This document shows, in pieces, positions 26,501 to 39,900 of a stretch of DNA of 64,000 nt. Position 1 is the stretch's first letter; every line of letters begins with the position of its first letter. The translations under genes were made by a program, and so were the position numbers. The DNA comes from Eledone cirrhosa (taxonomy: Eukaryota), in contig OZ024743.1 in the NCBI GenBank assembly GCA_964016885.1, positions 185,504,001-185,568,000 of the forward strand. Reading direction: 5' to 3'. The notes under the pieces are model-generated. The model saw only the letters and a list, made by a program, of their open reading frames with translations. It was not told where the DNA came from and ran no database searches.

Positions 26501-29500
26501 GTATGGCATAAACGTTAACAGTGTTGTTGAGTGCGATTCTAGTATGGCATAAACGTTAACAGTGTTGGTGAGTGAGATTCTAGTATGGCATAAACGTTAA
26601 CGGTGTTGTTGAGTGAGATTCTAGTATGGCATAAACGTTAACAGTGTTGGTGAGTGAGATTATAGTATGGCATAAACGTTAACAGTGTTGGTGAGTGAGA
26701 TTCTAGTATGGCATACACATTAACAGTGTTGTTGATTGAGATTCTAGTATGGCATACACATTAACAGTGTTGTTGAGTTAGATTCTAGTATGGCATAAAC
26801 GTTAACAGTGTTGGTGAGTGAGATTCTAGCATGGCATAAACGTTAACAATGTTGGTGAGTGAGATCCTAGTATGGCATAAACGTTAACAGTGTTGTTGAG
26901 TGAGATTCTAGTATGGCATAAACGTTAACAGTGTTGGTGAGTGAGATTATAGTATGGCATAAACGTTAACAGTGTTGGTGAGTGAGATTCTAGTATGGCA
27001 TACACCTTAACAGTGTTGTTGATTGAGATTCTAGTATGGCATACACATTAACAGTGTTGTTGAGTGAGATTCTAGTATGGCATAAACGTTAACAGTGTTG
27101 GTGAGTGAGATTCTAGCATGGCATAAACGTTAACAGTGTTGGTGAGTGAGATTCTAGTATGGCATAAACATTAACAGAGTTGGTGAGTGAGATTCTAGTA
27201 TGGCATAAACGTTAACAGTGTTGTTGAGTGAGATTCTAGCATGGCATAAACGTTAACAGTGTTGTTGAGTGAGATCCTAGTATGGCATAAACGTTAACAG
27301 TGTTGTTGAGTGAGATTCTAGTATGGCATAAACGTTAACAGTGTTGTTGAGTGAGATTCTAGTATGGCATAAACGTTAACAGTGTTGATGAGTGAGATTC
27401 TAGCATGGCATAAACGTTAACAGTGTTGGTGAGTGAGATTCTAGTATGGCATAAACGTTAACAGTGTTGTTGAGTGAGATTCTAGCATGGCATAAACGTT
27501 GACAGTATTGGTGAGTGAGATTCTAGTATGGCATAAACGTTAACAGTGTTGTTGAGTGAGATTCTAGTATGGCATAAACGTTAACAGTGTTGTTGAGTGA
27601 GATTCTAGTATGGCATAAACGTTAACAGTGTTGATGAGTGAGATTCTAGCATGGCATAAACGTTAACAGTGTTGGTGAGTGAGATTCTAGTATGGCATAA
27701 ACGTTAACAGTGTTGTTGAGTGAGATTCTAGCATGGCATAAACGTTAACAGTGTTGTTGAGTGAGATCCTAGTATGGCATAAACGTTAACAGTGTTGTTG
27801 AGTGAGATTCTAGTATGGCATAAACGTTAACAGTGTTGGTGAGTGAGATTGTATTATGGCATAAACGTTAACAGTGTTGTTGAGTGAGATTCTAGTATGG
27901 CATAAACGTTAACAGTGTTGGTGAGTGAGATTATAGTATGGCATAAACGTTAACAGTGTTGGTGAGTGAGATTCTAGTATGGCATACACATTAACAGTGT
28001 TGTTGAGTGAGATTCTAGCATGGCATAAACGTCAACAGTGTTGTTGAGTGAGATTCTAGTATAGCATACACGTTAACAGTGTTCGTGAGTGAGATTCTAG
28101 TATGGCATAAACTTTAACAGTGTTGGTGAGTGAGATTCTAGTATGGCATACACGTTAACAGTGTTGGTGAGTGAGATTCTAGTATGGCATAAACGTTAAC
28201 AGTGTTGGTGAGTGAGATTCTAGTATGGCATAAACGTCAACAGTGTTGGTGAGTCAGATTCTAGCATGGCATAAACGTTAACAGTGTTGGTGAGTGAGAT
28301 TCTAGCCTGACATAAACGTTAACAGTGTTGGTGAGTGAGATTCTAGTATGGCATAAACGTTAACAGTGTTGGTGAGTGAGATTCTAGCATGGCATAAACG
28401 TTAAAAGTGTTGGTGAGTGAGATTCTAGTATGGCATAAACGTTAACAGTGTTGTTGAGTGATATTCTAGTATGGCATAAACGTTAACAGTGTTGTTGAGT
28501 GAGATTCTAGCATGGCATAAGCGTTAACAGTGTTGGTGAGTGAGATTCTAGCATGACATAAACGTTAACAGTGTTGTTGAGCGAGTTTCTAGCATGGCAT
28601 AAACGTTGACAGTGTTGGTGAGTGAGATTCTAGCATGGCATAAACGTTGACAGTACTGGTGAGTGAGATTCTAGTATGGCATAAACGTTAACAGTGTTGT
28701 TGAGTGAGATTCTAGTATGGCATAAACGTTAACAGTGTTGTTGAGTGAGATTCTAGTATGGCATAAACGTTAACAGTGTTGGTGAGTGAGATTCTAGCAT
28801 GGCATAAACGTTAACAGTGTTGGTGAGTGAGATTCTAGTATGGCATAAACGTTAACAGAGTTGGTGAGTGAGATTCTAGTATGGCATAAACGTTAACAGT
28901 GATGTTGAGTGAGATTCTAGCATGGCATAAACGTTAACAGTGTTGTTGAGTGAGATCCTAGTATAGCATAAACGTTAACAGTGTTGTTGAGTGAGATTCT
29001 AGTATGGCATAAGCGTTAACAGTTTTGGTGAGTGAGATTCTAGTATGGCATAAACGTTAACAGTGTTGTTGAGTGAGATTCTAGCATGGCATAAACGTTA
29101 ACAGTGTTGTTGAGTGAGATCCTAGTATGGCATAAACGTTAACAGTGTTGTTGAGTGAGATTCTAGTATGGCATAAACGTTAACAGTGTTGGTGAGCGAG
29201 ATTCTAGTATGGCATAAACGTTAACAGTGTTGTTGAGTGAGATTCTAGTATGGCATAAACGTTAACAGTGTTGGTGAGTGAGATTCTAGTATGGCATAAA
29301 CGTTAACAGTATTGGTGAGTGAGATTCTAGTATGGCATAAACGTTAACAGTGTTGGTGAGTCAGATTCTAGCATGGCATAAACGTTAACAGTGTTGTTGA
29401 GTGAGATTCTAGCATGGCATAAACGTTAACAGTGTTGGTGAGTGAGATTCTAGTATCGCATAAACGTTAACAGTGTTGGTGAGTCAGATTCTAGTATGGC

Positions 29501-32500
29501 ATAAACGTTAACAGTGTTGGTGAGTGAGATTCTAGTATGGCATAAACGTTAACAATGTTGGTGAGTCAGATTCTAGCATGGCATAAACTTAAACAGTTTT
29601 GTTGAGTCAGATTCTAGTATGGCATAAACGTTAACAGTGTTGGTGAGTGAGATTCTAGTATGGCATAAACGTTAACAGTGTTGGTGAGTGAGATTCTAGT
29701 ATGGCATAAAAGTTAACAGTTTTGTTGAGTCAGATTCTAGCATGGCATAAACGTTAACAGTGTTGGTGAGTGAGATTCTAGTATGGCATAAACGTTAACA
29801 GTGTTGGTGAGTGAGATTCTAGTATGGCATAAACGTTAACAGTTTTGTTGAGTCAGATTCTAGTATGGCATAAACGTTAACAGTGTTGGTGAGTGAGATT
29901 CTAGTATGGCATAAACGTTAACAGTGTTGGTGAGTGAGATTCTAGTATGGCATAAACGTTAACAGTTTTGTTGAGTCAGATTCTAGCATGGCATAAACGT
30001 TAACAGTGTTGGTGAGTGAGATTCTAGTATGGCATAAACGTTAACAGTGTTGGTGAGTCAGATTCTAGCATGGCATAAACGTTAACAGTTTTGGTGAGTG
30101 AGATTCTAGTATGGCATAAACGTTAACAGTGTTGGTGAGTGAGATTCTAGCATGGCATAAACGTTAACAGTGTTGGTGAGTGAGATTCTAGCATGGCATA
30201 AACGTTAACAGTGTTGGTGAGTGAGATTCTAGTATGGCATAAACGTTAACAGTGTTTGTGAGTGAGATTCTAGTATGGCATAAACGTTAACAGTGTTGTT
30301 GAGTGAGATTCTAGTATGGCATAAACGTTAACAGTGTTGGTGAGTGAGATTCTAGTATGGCATAAATTTAACAGTATTGGTGAGTGAGATTCTAGTATGG
30401 CATAAACGTTAACTGTGTTGGTGAGTCAGATTCTAGCATGGCATAAACATTAACAGTGTTGTTGAGTGAGATTCTAGCATGGCATAAACGTTAACAATGT
30501 TGGTGAGTCAGATTCTAGCATGGCATAAACGTTAACAGTATTGGTGAGTGAGATTCTAGTATGGCATAAACGTTAACAGTGTTGGTGAGTCAGATTCTAG
30601 TATGGCATAAACGTTAACAATGTTGGTGAGTGAGATCCTAGTATGGCATAAACGTTAACAGTGTTGTTGAGTGCGATTCTAGTATGGCATAAACGTTAAC
30701 AGTGTTGGTGAGTGAGATTCTAGTATGGCATAAACGTTAACGGTGTTGTTGAGTGAGATTCTAGTATGGCATAAACGTTAACAGTGTTGGTGAGTGAGAT
30801 TATAGTATGGCATAAACGTTAACAGTGTTGGTGAGTGAGATTCTAGTATGGCATACACATTAACAGTGTTGTTGATTGAGATTCTAGTATGGCATACACA
30901 TTAACAGTGTTGTTGAGTGAGATTCTAGTATGGCATAAACGTTAACAGTGTTGGTGAGTGAGATTCTAGCATGGCATAAACGTTAACAGTGTTGGTGAGT
31001 GAGATTCTAGTATGGCATAAACATTAACAGAGTTGGTGAGTGAGATTCTAGTATGGCATAAACGTTAACAGTGTTGTTGAGTGAGATTCTAGCATGGCAT
31101 AAACGTTAACAGTGTTGTTGAGTGAGATCCTAGTATGGCATAAACGTTAACAGTGTTGTTGAGTGAGATTCTAGTATGGCATAAACGTTAACAGTGTTGT
31201 TGAGTGAGATTCTAGTATGGCATAAACGTTAACAGTGTTGATGAGTGAGATTCTAGCATGGCATAAACGTTAACAGTGTTGGTGAGTGAGATTCTAGTAT
31301 GGCATAAACGTTAACAGTGTTGTTGAGTGAGATTCTAGCATGGCATAAACGTTGACAGTATTGGTGAGTGAGATTCTAGTATGGCATAAACGTTAACAGT
31401 GTTGTTGAGTGAGATTCTAGTATGGCATAAACATTAACAGTGTTGTTGAGTGAGATTCTAGTATGGCATAAACGTTAACAGTGTTGATGAGTGAGATTCT
31501 AGCATGGCATAAACGTTAACAGTGTTGGTGAGTGAGATTCTAGTATGGCATAAACGTTAACAGAGTTGGTGAGCGAGATTCTAGTATGGCATAAACGTTA
31601 ACAGTGTTGTTGAGTGAGATTCTAGCATGGCATAAACGTTAACAGTGTTGTTGAGTGAGATCCTAGTATGGCATAAACGTTAACAGTGTTGTTGAGTGAG
31701 ATTCTAGTATGGCATAAACGTTAACAGTGTTGGTGAGTGAGATTGTATTATGGCATAAACGTTAACAGTGTTGTTGAGTGAGATTCTAGTATGGCATAAA
31801 CGTTAACAGTGTTGGTGAGTGAGATTATAGTATGGCATAAACGTTAACAGTGTTGGTGAGTGAGATTCTAGTATGGCATACACATTAACAGTGTTGTTGA
31901 TTGAGATTCTAGTATGGCATACACATTAACAGTGTTGTTGAGTGAGATTCTAGCATGGCATAAACGTCAACAGTGTTGTGGAGTGAGATTCTAGTATGGC
32001 ATAAACGTTAACAGTGTTGATGAGTGAGATTCTAGCATGGCATAAACGTTAACAGTGTTGGTGAGTGAGATTCTAGTATCGCATAAACGTTAACAGTGTT
32101 GGTGAGTAAGATTTTAGTATGGCATAAACGTTAACAGTGTTGGTGAGTGAGATTCTAGTATGGCATAAACGTTAACAGTGTTGGTGAGTGAGATTCTAGT
32201 ATGGCATAAACGTTAACAGTGTTGGTGAGTGAGATTCTAGTATGGCATAAACATTAACAGTGTTGGTGAGTCAGATTCTAGTATGGCATAAACATTAACA
32301 GTGTTGGTGAGTGAGATTCTAGTATGGCATAAACGTTAACAATGTTGGTGAGTCAGATTCTAACATGGCATAAACGTTAACAGTTTTGTTGAGTCAGATT
32401 CTAGTATGGCATAAACGTTAACAGTGTTGGTGAGTGAGATTCTAGTATGGCATAAACGTTAACAGTGTTGTTGAGTGATATTCTAGTATGGCATAAACGT

Positions 32501-33920
32501 TAACAGTGTTGTTGAGTGAGATTCTAGCATGGCATAAGCGTTAACAGTGTTGGTGAGTGAGATTCTAGCATGACATAAACGTTAACAGTGTTGTTGAGCG
32601 AGTTTCTAGCATGGCATAAACGTTGACAGTGTTGGTGAGTGAGATTCTAGCATGGCATAAACGTTGACAGTATTGGTGAGTGAGATTCTAGTATGGCATA
32701 AACGTTAACAGTGTTGTTGAGTGAGATTCTAGTATGGCATAAACGTTAACAGTGTTGTTGAGTGAGATTCTAGTATGGCATAAACGTTAACAGTGTTGGT
32801 GAGTGAGATTCTAGCATGGCATAAACGTTAACAGTGTTGGTGAGTGAGATTCTAGTATGGCATAAACGTTAACAGTGTTGTTGAGTGAGATCCTAGTATA
32901 GCATAAACGTTAACAGTGTTGTTGAGTGAGATTCTAGTATGGCATAAACGTTAACAGTTTTGGTGAGTGAGATTCTAGTATGGCATAAACGTTAACAGTG
33001 TTGTTGAGTGAGATTCTAGTATGGCATAAACGTTAACAGTGTTGGTGAGTGAGATTCTAGTATGGCATATACATTAACAGTGTTGTTGATTGAGATTCTA
33101 GTATGGCATACACATTAACAGTGTTGTTGAGTGAGATTCTAGTATGGCATAAACGTTAACAGAGTTGGTGAGTGAGATTCTAGTATGGCATAAACGTTAA
33201 CAGTGTTGTTGAGTGAGATTCTAGCATGGCATAAACGTTAACAGTGTTGTTGAGTGAGATCCTAGTATGGCATAAACGTTAACAGTGTTGTTGAGTGAGA
33301 TTCTAGTATGGCATAAACGTTAACAGTGTTGGTGAGCGAGATTCTAGTATGGCATAAACGTTAACAGTGTTGTTGAGTGAGATTCTAGTATGGCATAAAC
33401 GTTAACAGTGTTGGTGAGTGAGATTCTAGTATGGCATAAACGTTAACAGTATTGGTGAGTGAGATTCTGGTATGGCATAAACGTTAACAGTGTTGGTGAG
33501 TCAGATTCTAGCATGGCATAAACGTTAACAGTGTTGTTGAGTGAGATTCTAGCATGGCATAAACGTTAACAGTGTTGGTGAGTGAGATTCTAGTATCGCA
33601 TAAACGTTAACAGTGTTGGTGAGTCAGATTCTAGCATGGCATAAACTTAAACAGTTTTGTTGAGTCAGATTCTAGTATGGCATAAACGTTAACAGTGTTG
33701 GTGAGTGAGATTCTAGTATGGCATAAAAGTTAACAGTTTTGTTGAGTCAGATTCTAGCATGGCATAAACGTTAACAGTGTTGGTGAGTGAGATTCTAGTA
33801 TGGCATAAACGTTAACAGTGTTGGTGAGTGAGATTCTAGTATGGCATAAACGTTAACAGTTTTGTTGAGTCAGATTCTAGTATGGCATAAACGTTAACAG
33901 TGTTGGTGAGTGAGATTCTA
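19500..33920 (+). repeat. Large higher-order duplication I, copy 2
   Basis: Same marker series as copy 1. It differs by whole-monomer indels (4 fewer near 20870, 2 more near 31200, 2 fewer near 32860) and a few substitutions. Confidence 0.93.
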
Positions 33921-36900
33921 GTATGGCATAAACGTTAACAGTGTTGGTGAGTGAGATTCTAGTATGGCATAAACGTTAACAGTTTTGTTGAGTCAGATTC
34001 TAGCATGGCATAAACGTTAACAGTGTTGGTGAGTGAGATTCTAGTATGGCATAAACGTTAACAGTGTTGGTGAGTCAGATTCTAGCATGGCATATACGTT
34101 AACAGTGTTGGTGAGTGAGATTCTAGTATGGCATAAACGTTAACAGTGTTGGTGAGTGAGATTCTAGCATGGCATAAACGTTAACAGTGTTGGTGAGTGA
34201 GATTCTAGCATGGCATAAACGTTAACAGTGTTGGTGAGTGAGATTCTAGTATGGCATAAACGTTAACAGTGTTTGTGAGTGAGATTCTAGTATGGCATAA
34301 ACGTTAACAGTGTTGGTGAGTCAGATTCTAGCATGGCATAAACGTTAACAGTGTTGTTGAGTGAGATTCTAGCATGGCATAAACGTTAACAATGTTGGTG
34401 AGTCAGATTCTAGCATGGCATAAACGTTAACAGTATTGGTGAGTGAGATTCTAGTATGGCATAAACGTTAACAGTGTTGGTGAGTCAGATTCTAGCATGG
34501 CATAAACGTTAACAGTGTTGGTGAGTGAGATTCTAGTATGGCATAAACGTTAACAATGTTGGTGAGTGAGATCCTAGTATGGCATAAACGTTAACAGTGT
34601 TGTTGAGTGAGATTCTAGTATGGCATAAACGTTAACAGTGTTGTTGAGTGAGATTCTAGTATGGCATAAACGTTAACAGTGTTGTTGAGTGAGATTCTAG
34701 TATGGCATACACATTAACAGTGTTGTTGAGTGAGATTCTAGTATGGCATAAACGTTAACAGTGTTGGTGAGTGAGATTCTAGTATGGCATACACATTAAC
34801 AGTGTTGTTGATTGAGATTCTAGTATGGCATACACATTAACAGTGTTGTTGAGTGAGATTCTAGTATGGCATAAACGTTAACAGTGTTGGTGAGTGAGAT
34901 TCTAGTATGGCATACACATTAACAGTGTTGTTGATTGAGATTCTAGTATGGCATACACATTAACAGTGTTCTTGAGTGAGATTCTAGTATGGCATAAACG
35001 TTAACAATGTTGGTGAGTGAGATCCTAGTATGGCATAAACGTTAACAGTGTTGTTGAGTGAGATTCTAGTATGGCATAAACGTTAACAGTGTTGGTGAGT
35101 GAGATTCTAGTATGGCATAAACGTTAATAGTGTTGTTGAGTGAGATTCTAGTATGGCATAAACGTTAACAGTGTTGGTGAGTGAGATTATAGTATGGCAT
35201 AAACGTCAACAGTGTTGGTGAGTGAGATTCTAGTATGGCATACACATTAACGGTGTTGTTGATTGAGATTCTAGTATGGCATACACATTAACAGTGTTGT
35301 TGAGTGAGATTCTAGTATGGCATAAACGTTAACAGTGTTGGTGAGTGAGATTCTAGCATGGCATAAACGTTAACAGTGTTGGTGAGTGAGATTCTAGTAT
35401 GGCATAAACATTAACAGAGTTGGTGAGTGAGATTCTAGTATGGCATAAACGTTAACAGTGTTGGTGAGTGAGATTCTAGCATGGCATAAACGTTAACAGT
35501 GTTGGTGAGTGAGATTCTAGTATGGCATAAACATTAACAGAGTTGGTGAGTGAGATTCTAGTATGGCATAAACGTTAACAGTGTTGTTGAGTGAGATTCT
35601 AGCATGGCATAAACGTTAACAGTGTTGTTGAGTGAGATCCTAGTATGGCATAAACGTCAACAGTGTTGTTGAGTGAGATTCTAGTATGGCATAAACGTTA
35701 ACAGTGTTGATGAGTGAGATTCTAGCATGGCATAAACGTTAACAGTGTTGGTGTGTGAGATTCTAGTATCGCATAAACGTTAACAGTGTTGGTGAGTAAG
35801 ATTCTAGTATGGCATAAACGTTAACAGTGTTGGTGAGTGAGATTCTAGTATGGCATAAACGTTAACAGTGTTGGTGAGTCAGATTCTAGTATGGCATAAA
35901 CGTTAACAGTGTTGGTGAGTGAGATTCTAGTATGGCATAAACGTTAACAATGTTGGTGAGTCAGATTCTAGCATGGCATAAACGTTAACAGTTTTGTTGA
36001 GTCAGATTCTAGTATGGCATAAACGTTAACAGTGTTGTTGAGTGAGATTCTAGCATGGCATAAACGTTAACAGTGTTGGTGAGTGAGATTCTAGTATGGC
36101 ATAAACGTTAACAGTTTTGTTGAGTCAGATTCTAGTATGGCATAAACGTTAACAGTGTTGGTGAGTGAGATTCTAGTATGGCATAAACGTTAACAGTGTT
36201 GGTGAGTGAGATTCTAGTATGGCATAAACGTTAACAGTGTTGGTGAGTCAGATTCTAGCATGGCATAAACTTAAACAGTTTTGTTGAGTCAGATTCTAGT
36301 ATGGCATAAACGTTAACAGTGTTGGTGAGTGAGATTCTAGTATGGCATAAAAGTTAACAGTTTTGTTGAGTCAGATTCTAGCATGGCATAAACGTTAACA
36401 GTGTTGGTGAGTGAGATTCTAGTATGGCATAAACGTTAACAGTGTTGGTGAGTGAGATTCTAGTATGGCATAAACGTTAACAGTTTTGTTGAGTCAGATT
36501 CTAGTATGGCATAAACGTTAACAGTGTTGGTGAGTGAGATTCTAGTATGGCATAAACGTTAACAGTGTTGGTGAGTGAGATTCTAGTATGGCATAAACGT
36601 TAACAGTTTTGTTGTGTCAGATTCTAGCATGGCATAAACGTTAACAGTGTTGGTGAGTGAGATTCTAGTATGGCATAAACGTTAACAGTGTTGGTGAGTC
36701 AGATTCTAGCATGGCATAAACGTTAACAGTGTTGGTGAGTGAGATTCTAGTATGGCATAAACGTTAACAGTGTTGGTGAGTGAGATTCTAGCATGGCATA
36801 AACGTTAACAGTGTTGGTGAGTGAGATTCTAGCATGGCATAAACGTTAACAGTGTTGGTGAGTGAGATTCTAGTATGGCATAAACGTTAACAGTGTTTGT

Positions 36901-39900
36901 GAGTGAGATTCTAGTATGACATAAACGTTAACAGTGTTGTTGAGTGAGATTCTAGTATGGCATAAAAGTTAACAGTGTTGGTGAGTGAGATTCTAGTATG
37001 GCATAAACGTTAACAGTATTGGTGAGTGAGATTCTAGTATGGCATAAACGTTAACAGTGTTGGTGAGTCAGATTCTAGCATGGCATAAACGTTAACAGTG
37101 TTGTTGAGTGAGATTCTAGCATGGCATAAACGTTAACAATGTTGGTGAGTCAGATTCTAGCATGGCATAAACGTTAACAGTATTGGTGAGTGAGATTCTA
37201 GTATGGCATAAACGTTAACAGTGTTGGTGAGTCAGATTCTAGCATGGCATAAACGTTAACAGTGTTGGTGAGTGAGATTCTAGTATGGCATAAACGTTAA
37301 CAATGTTGGTGAGTGAGATCCTAGTATGGCATAAACGTTAACAGTGTTGTTGAGTGAGATTCTAGTATGGCATAAACGTTAACAGTGTTGTTGAGTGAGA
37401 TTCTAGTATGGCATAAACGTTAACAGTGTTGTTGAGTGAGATTCTAGTATGGCATACACATTAACAGTGTTGTTGAGTGAGATTCTAGTATGGCATAAAC
37501 GTTAACAATGTTGGTGAGTGAGATCCTAGTATGGCATAAACGTTAACAGTGTTGTTGAGTGAGATTCTAGTATGGCATAAACGTTAACAGTGTTGGTGAG
37601 TGAGATTCTAGTATGGCATAAACGTTAATAGTGTTGTTGAGTGAGATTCTAGTATGGCATAAACGTTAACAGTGTTGGTGAGTGAGATTATAGTATGGCA
37701 TAAACGTTAACAGTGTTGGTGAGTGAGATTCTAGTATGGCATACACATTAACAGTGTTGTTGATTGAGATTCTAGTATGGCATACACATTAACAGTGTTG
37801 TTGAGTGAGATTCTAGTATGGCATAAACGTTAACAGTGTTGGTGAGTGAGATTCTAGCATGGCATAAACGTTAACAGTGTTGGTGAGTGAGATTCTAGTA
37901 TGGCATAAACATTAACAGAGTTGGTGAGTGAGATTCTAGTATGGCATAAACGTTAACAGTGTTGTTGAGTGAGATTCTAGCATGGCATAAACGTTAACAG
38001 TGTTGTTTAGTGAGATCCTAGTATGGCATAAACGTTAACAGTGTTGTTGAGTGAGATTCTAGTATGGCATAAACGTTAACAGTGTTGGTGAGTCACATTC
38101 TAGCATGGCATAAACGTCAACAGTGTTGTTGAGTGAGATTCTAGTATGGCATAAACGTTAACAGTGTTGATGAGTGAGATTCTAGCATGGCATAAACGTT
38201 AACAGTGTTGGTGAGTGAGATTCTAGTATCGCATAAACGTTAACAGTGTTGGTGAGTAAGATTCTAGTATGGCATAAACGTTAACAGTGTTGGTGAGTGA
38301 GATTCTAGTATGGCATAAACGTTAACAGTGTTGGTGAGTCAGATTCTAGTATGGCATAAACGTTAACAGTGTTGGTGAGTGAGATTCTAGTATGGCATAA
38401 ACGTTAACAATGTTGGTGAGTCAGATTCTAGCATGGCATAAACGTTAACAGTTTTGTTGAGTCAGATTCTAGTATGGCATAAACGTTAACAGTGTTGTTG
38501 AGTGAGATTCTAGCATGGCATAAACGTTAACAGTGTTGGTGAGTGAGATTCTAGCATGACATAAACGTTAACAGTGTTGTTGAGCGAGATTCTAGCATGG
38601 CATAAACGTTAACAGTGTTGTTGAGTGAGATCCTAGTATAGCATAAACGTTAACAGTGTTGTTGAGTGAGATTCTAGTATGGCATAAACGTTAACAGTTT
38701 TGGTGAGTGAGATTCTAGTATGGCATAAACGTTAACAGTGTTGTTGAGTGAGATTCTAGTATGGCATAAACGTTAACAGTGTTGGTGAGTGAGATTCTAG
38801 TATGGCATATACATTAACAGTGTTGTTGATTGAGATTCTAGTATGGCATACACATTAACAGTGTTGTTGAGTGAGATTCTAGTATGGCATAAACGTTAAC
38901 AGAGTTGGTGAGTGAGATTCTAGTATGGCATAAACGTTAACAGTGTTGTTGAGTGAGATTCTAGCATGGCATAAACGTTAACAGTGTTGTTGAGTGAGAT
39001 CCTAGTATGGCATAAACGTTAACAGTGTTGTTGAGTGAGATTCTAGTATGGCATAAACGTTAACAGTGTTGGTGAGCGAGATTCTAGTATGGCATAAACG
39101 TTAACAGTGTTGTTGAGTGAGATTCTAGTATGGCATAAACGTTAACAGTGTTGGTGAGTGAGATTCTAGTATGGCATAAACGTTAACAGTATTGGTGAGT
39201 GAGATTCTGGTATGGCATAAACGTTAACAGTGTTGGTGAGTCAGATTCTAGCATGGCATAAACGTTAACAGTGTTGTTGAGTGAGATTCTAGCATGGCAT
39301 AAACGTTAACAGTGTTGGTGAGTGAGATTCTAGTATCGCATAAACGTTAACAGTGTTGGTGAGTCAGATTCTAGTATGGCATAAACGTTAACAGTGTTGG
39401 TGAGTGAGATTCTAGTATGGCATAAACGTTAACAATGTTGGTGAGTCAGATTCTAGCATGGCATAAACTTAAACAGTTTTGTTGAGTCAGATTCTAGTAT
39501 GGCATAAACGTTAACAGTGTTGGTGAGTGAGATTCTAGTATGGCATAAAAGTTAACAGTTTTGTTGAGTCAGATTCTAGCATGGCATAAACGTTAACAGT
39601 GTTGGTGAGTGAGATTCTAGTATGGCATAAACGTTAACAGTGTTGGTGAGTGAGATTCTAGTATGGCATAAACGTTAACAGTTTTGTTGAGTCAGATTCT
39701 AGTATGGCATAAACGTTAACAGTGTTGGTGAGTGAGATTCTAGTATGGCATAAACGTTAACAGTGTTGGTGAGTGAGATTCTAGTATGGCATAAACGTTA
39801 ACAGTTTTGTTGAGTCAGATTCTAGCATGGCATAAACGTTAACAGTGTTGGTGAGTGAGATTCTAGTATGGCATAAACGTTAACAGTGTTGGTGAGTCAG

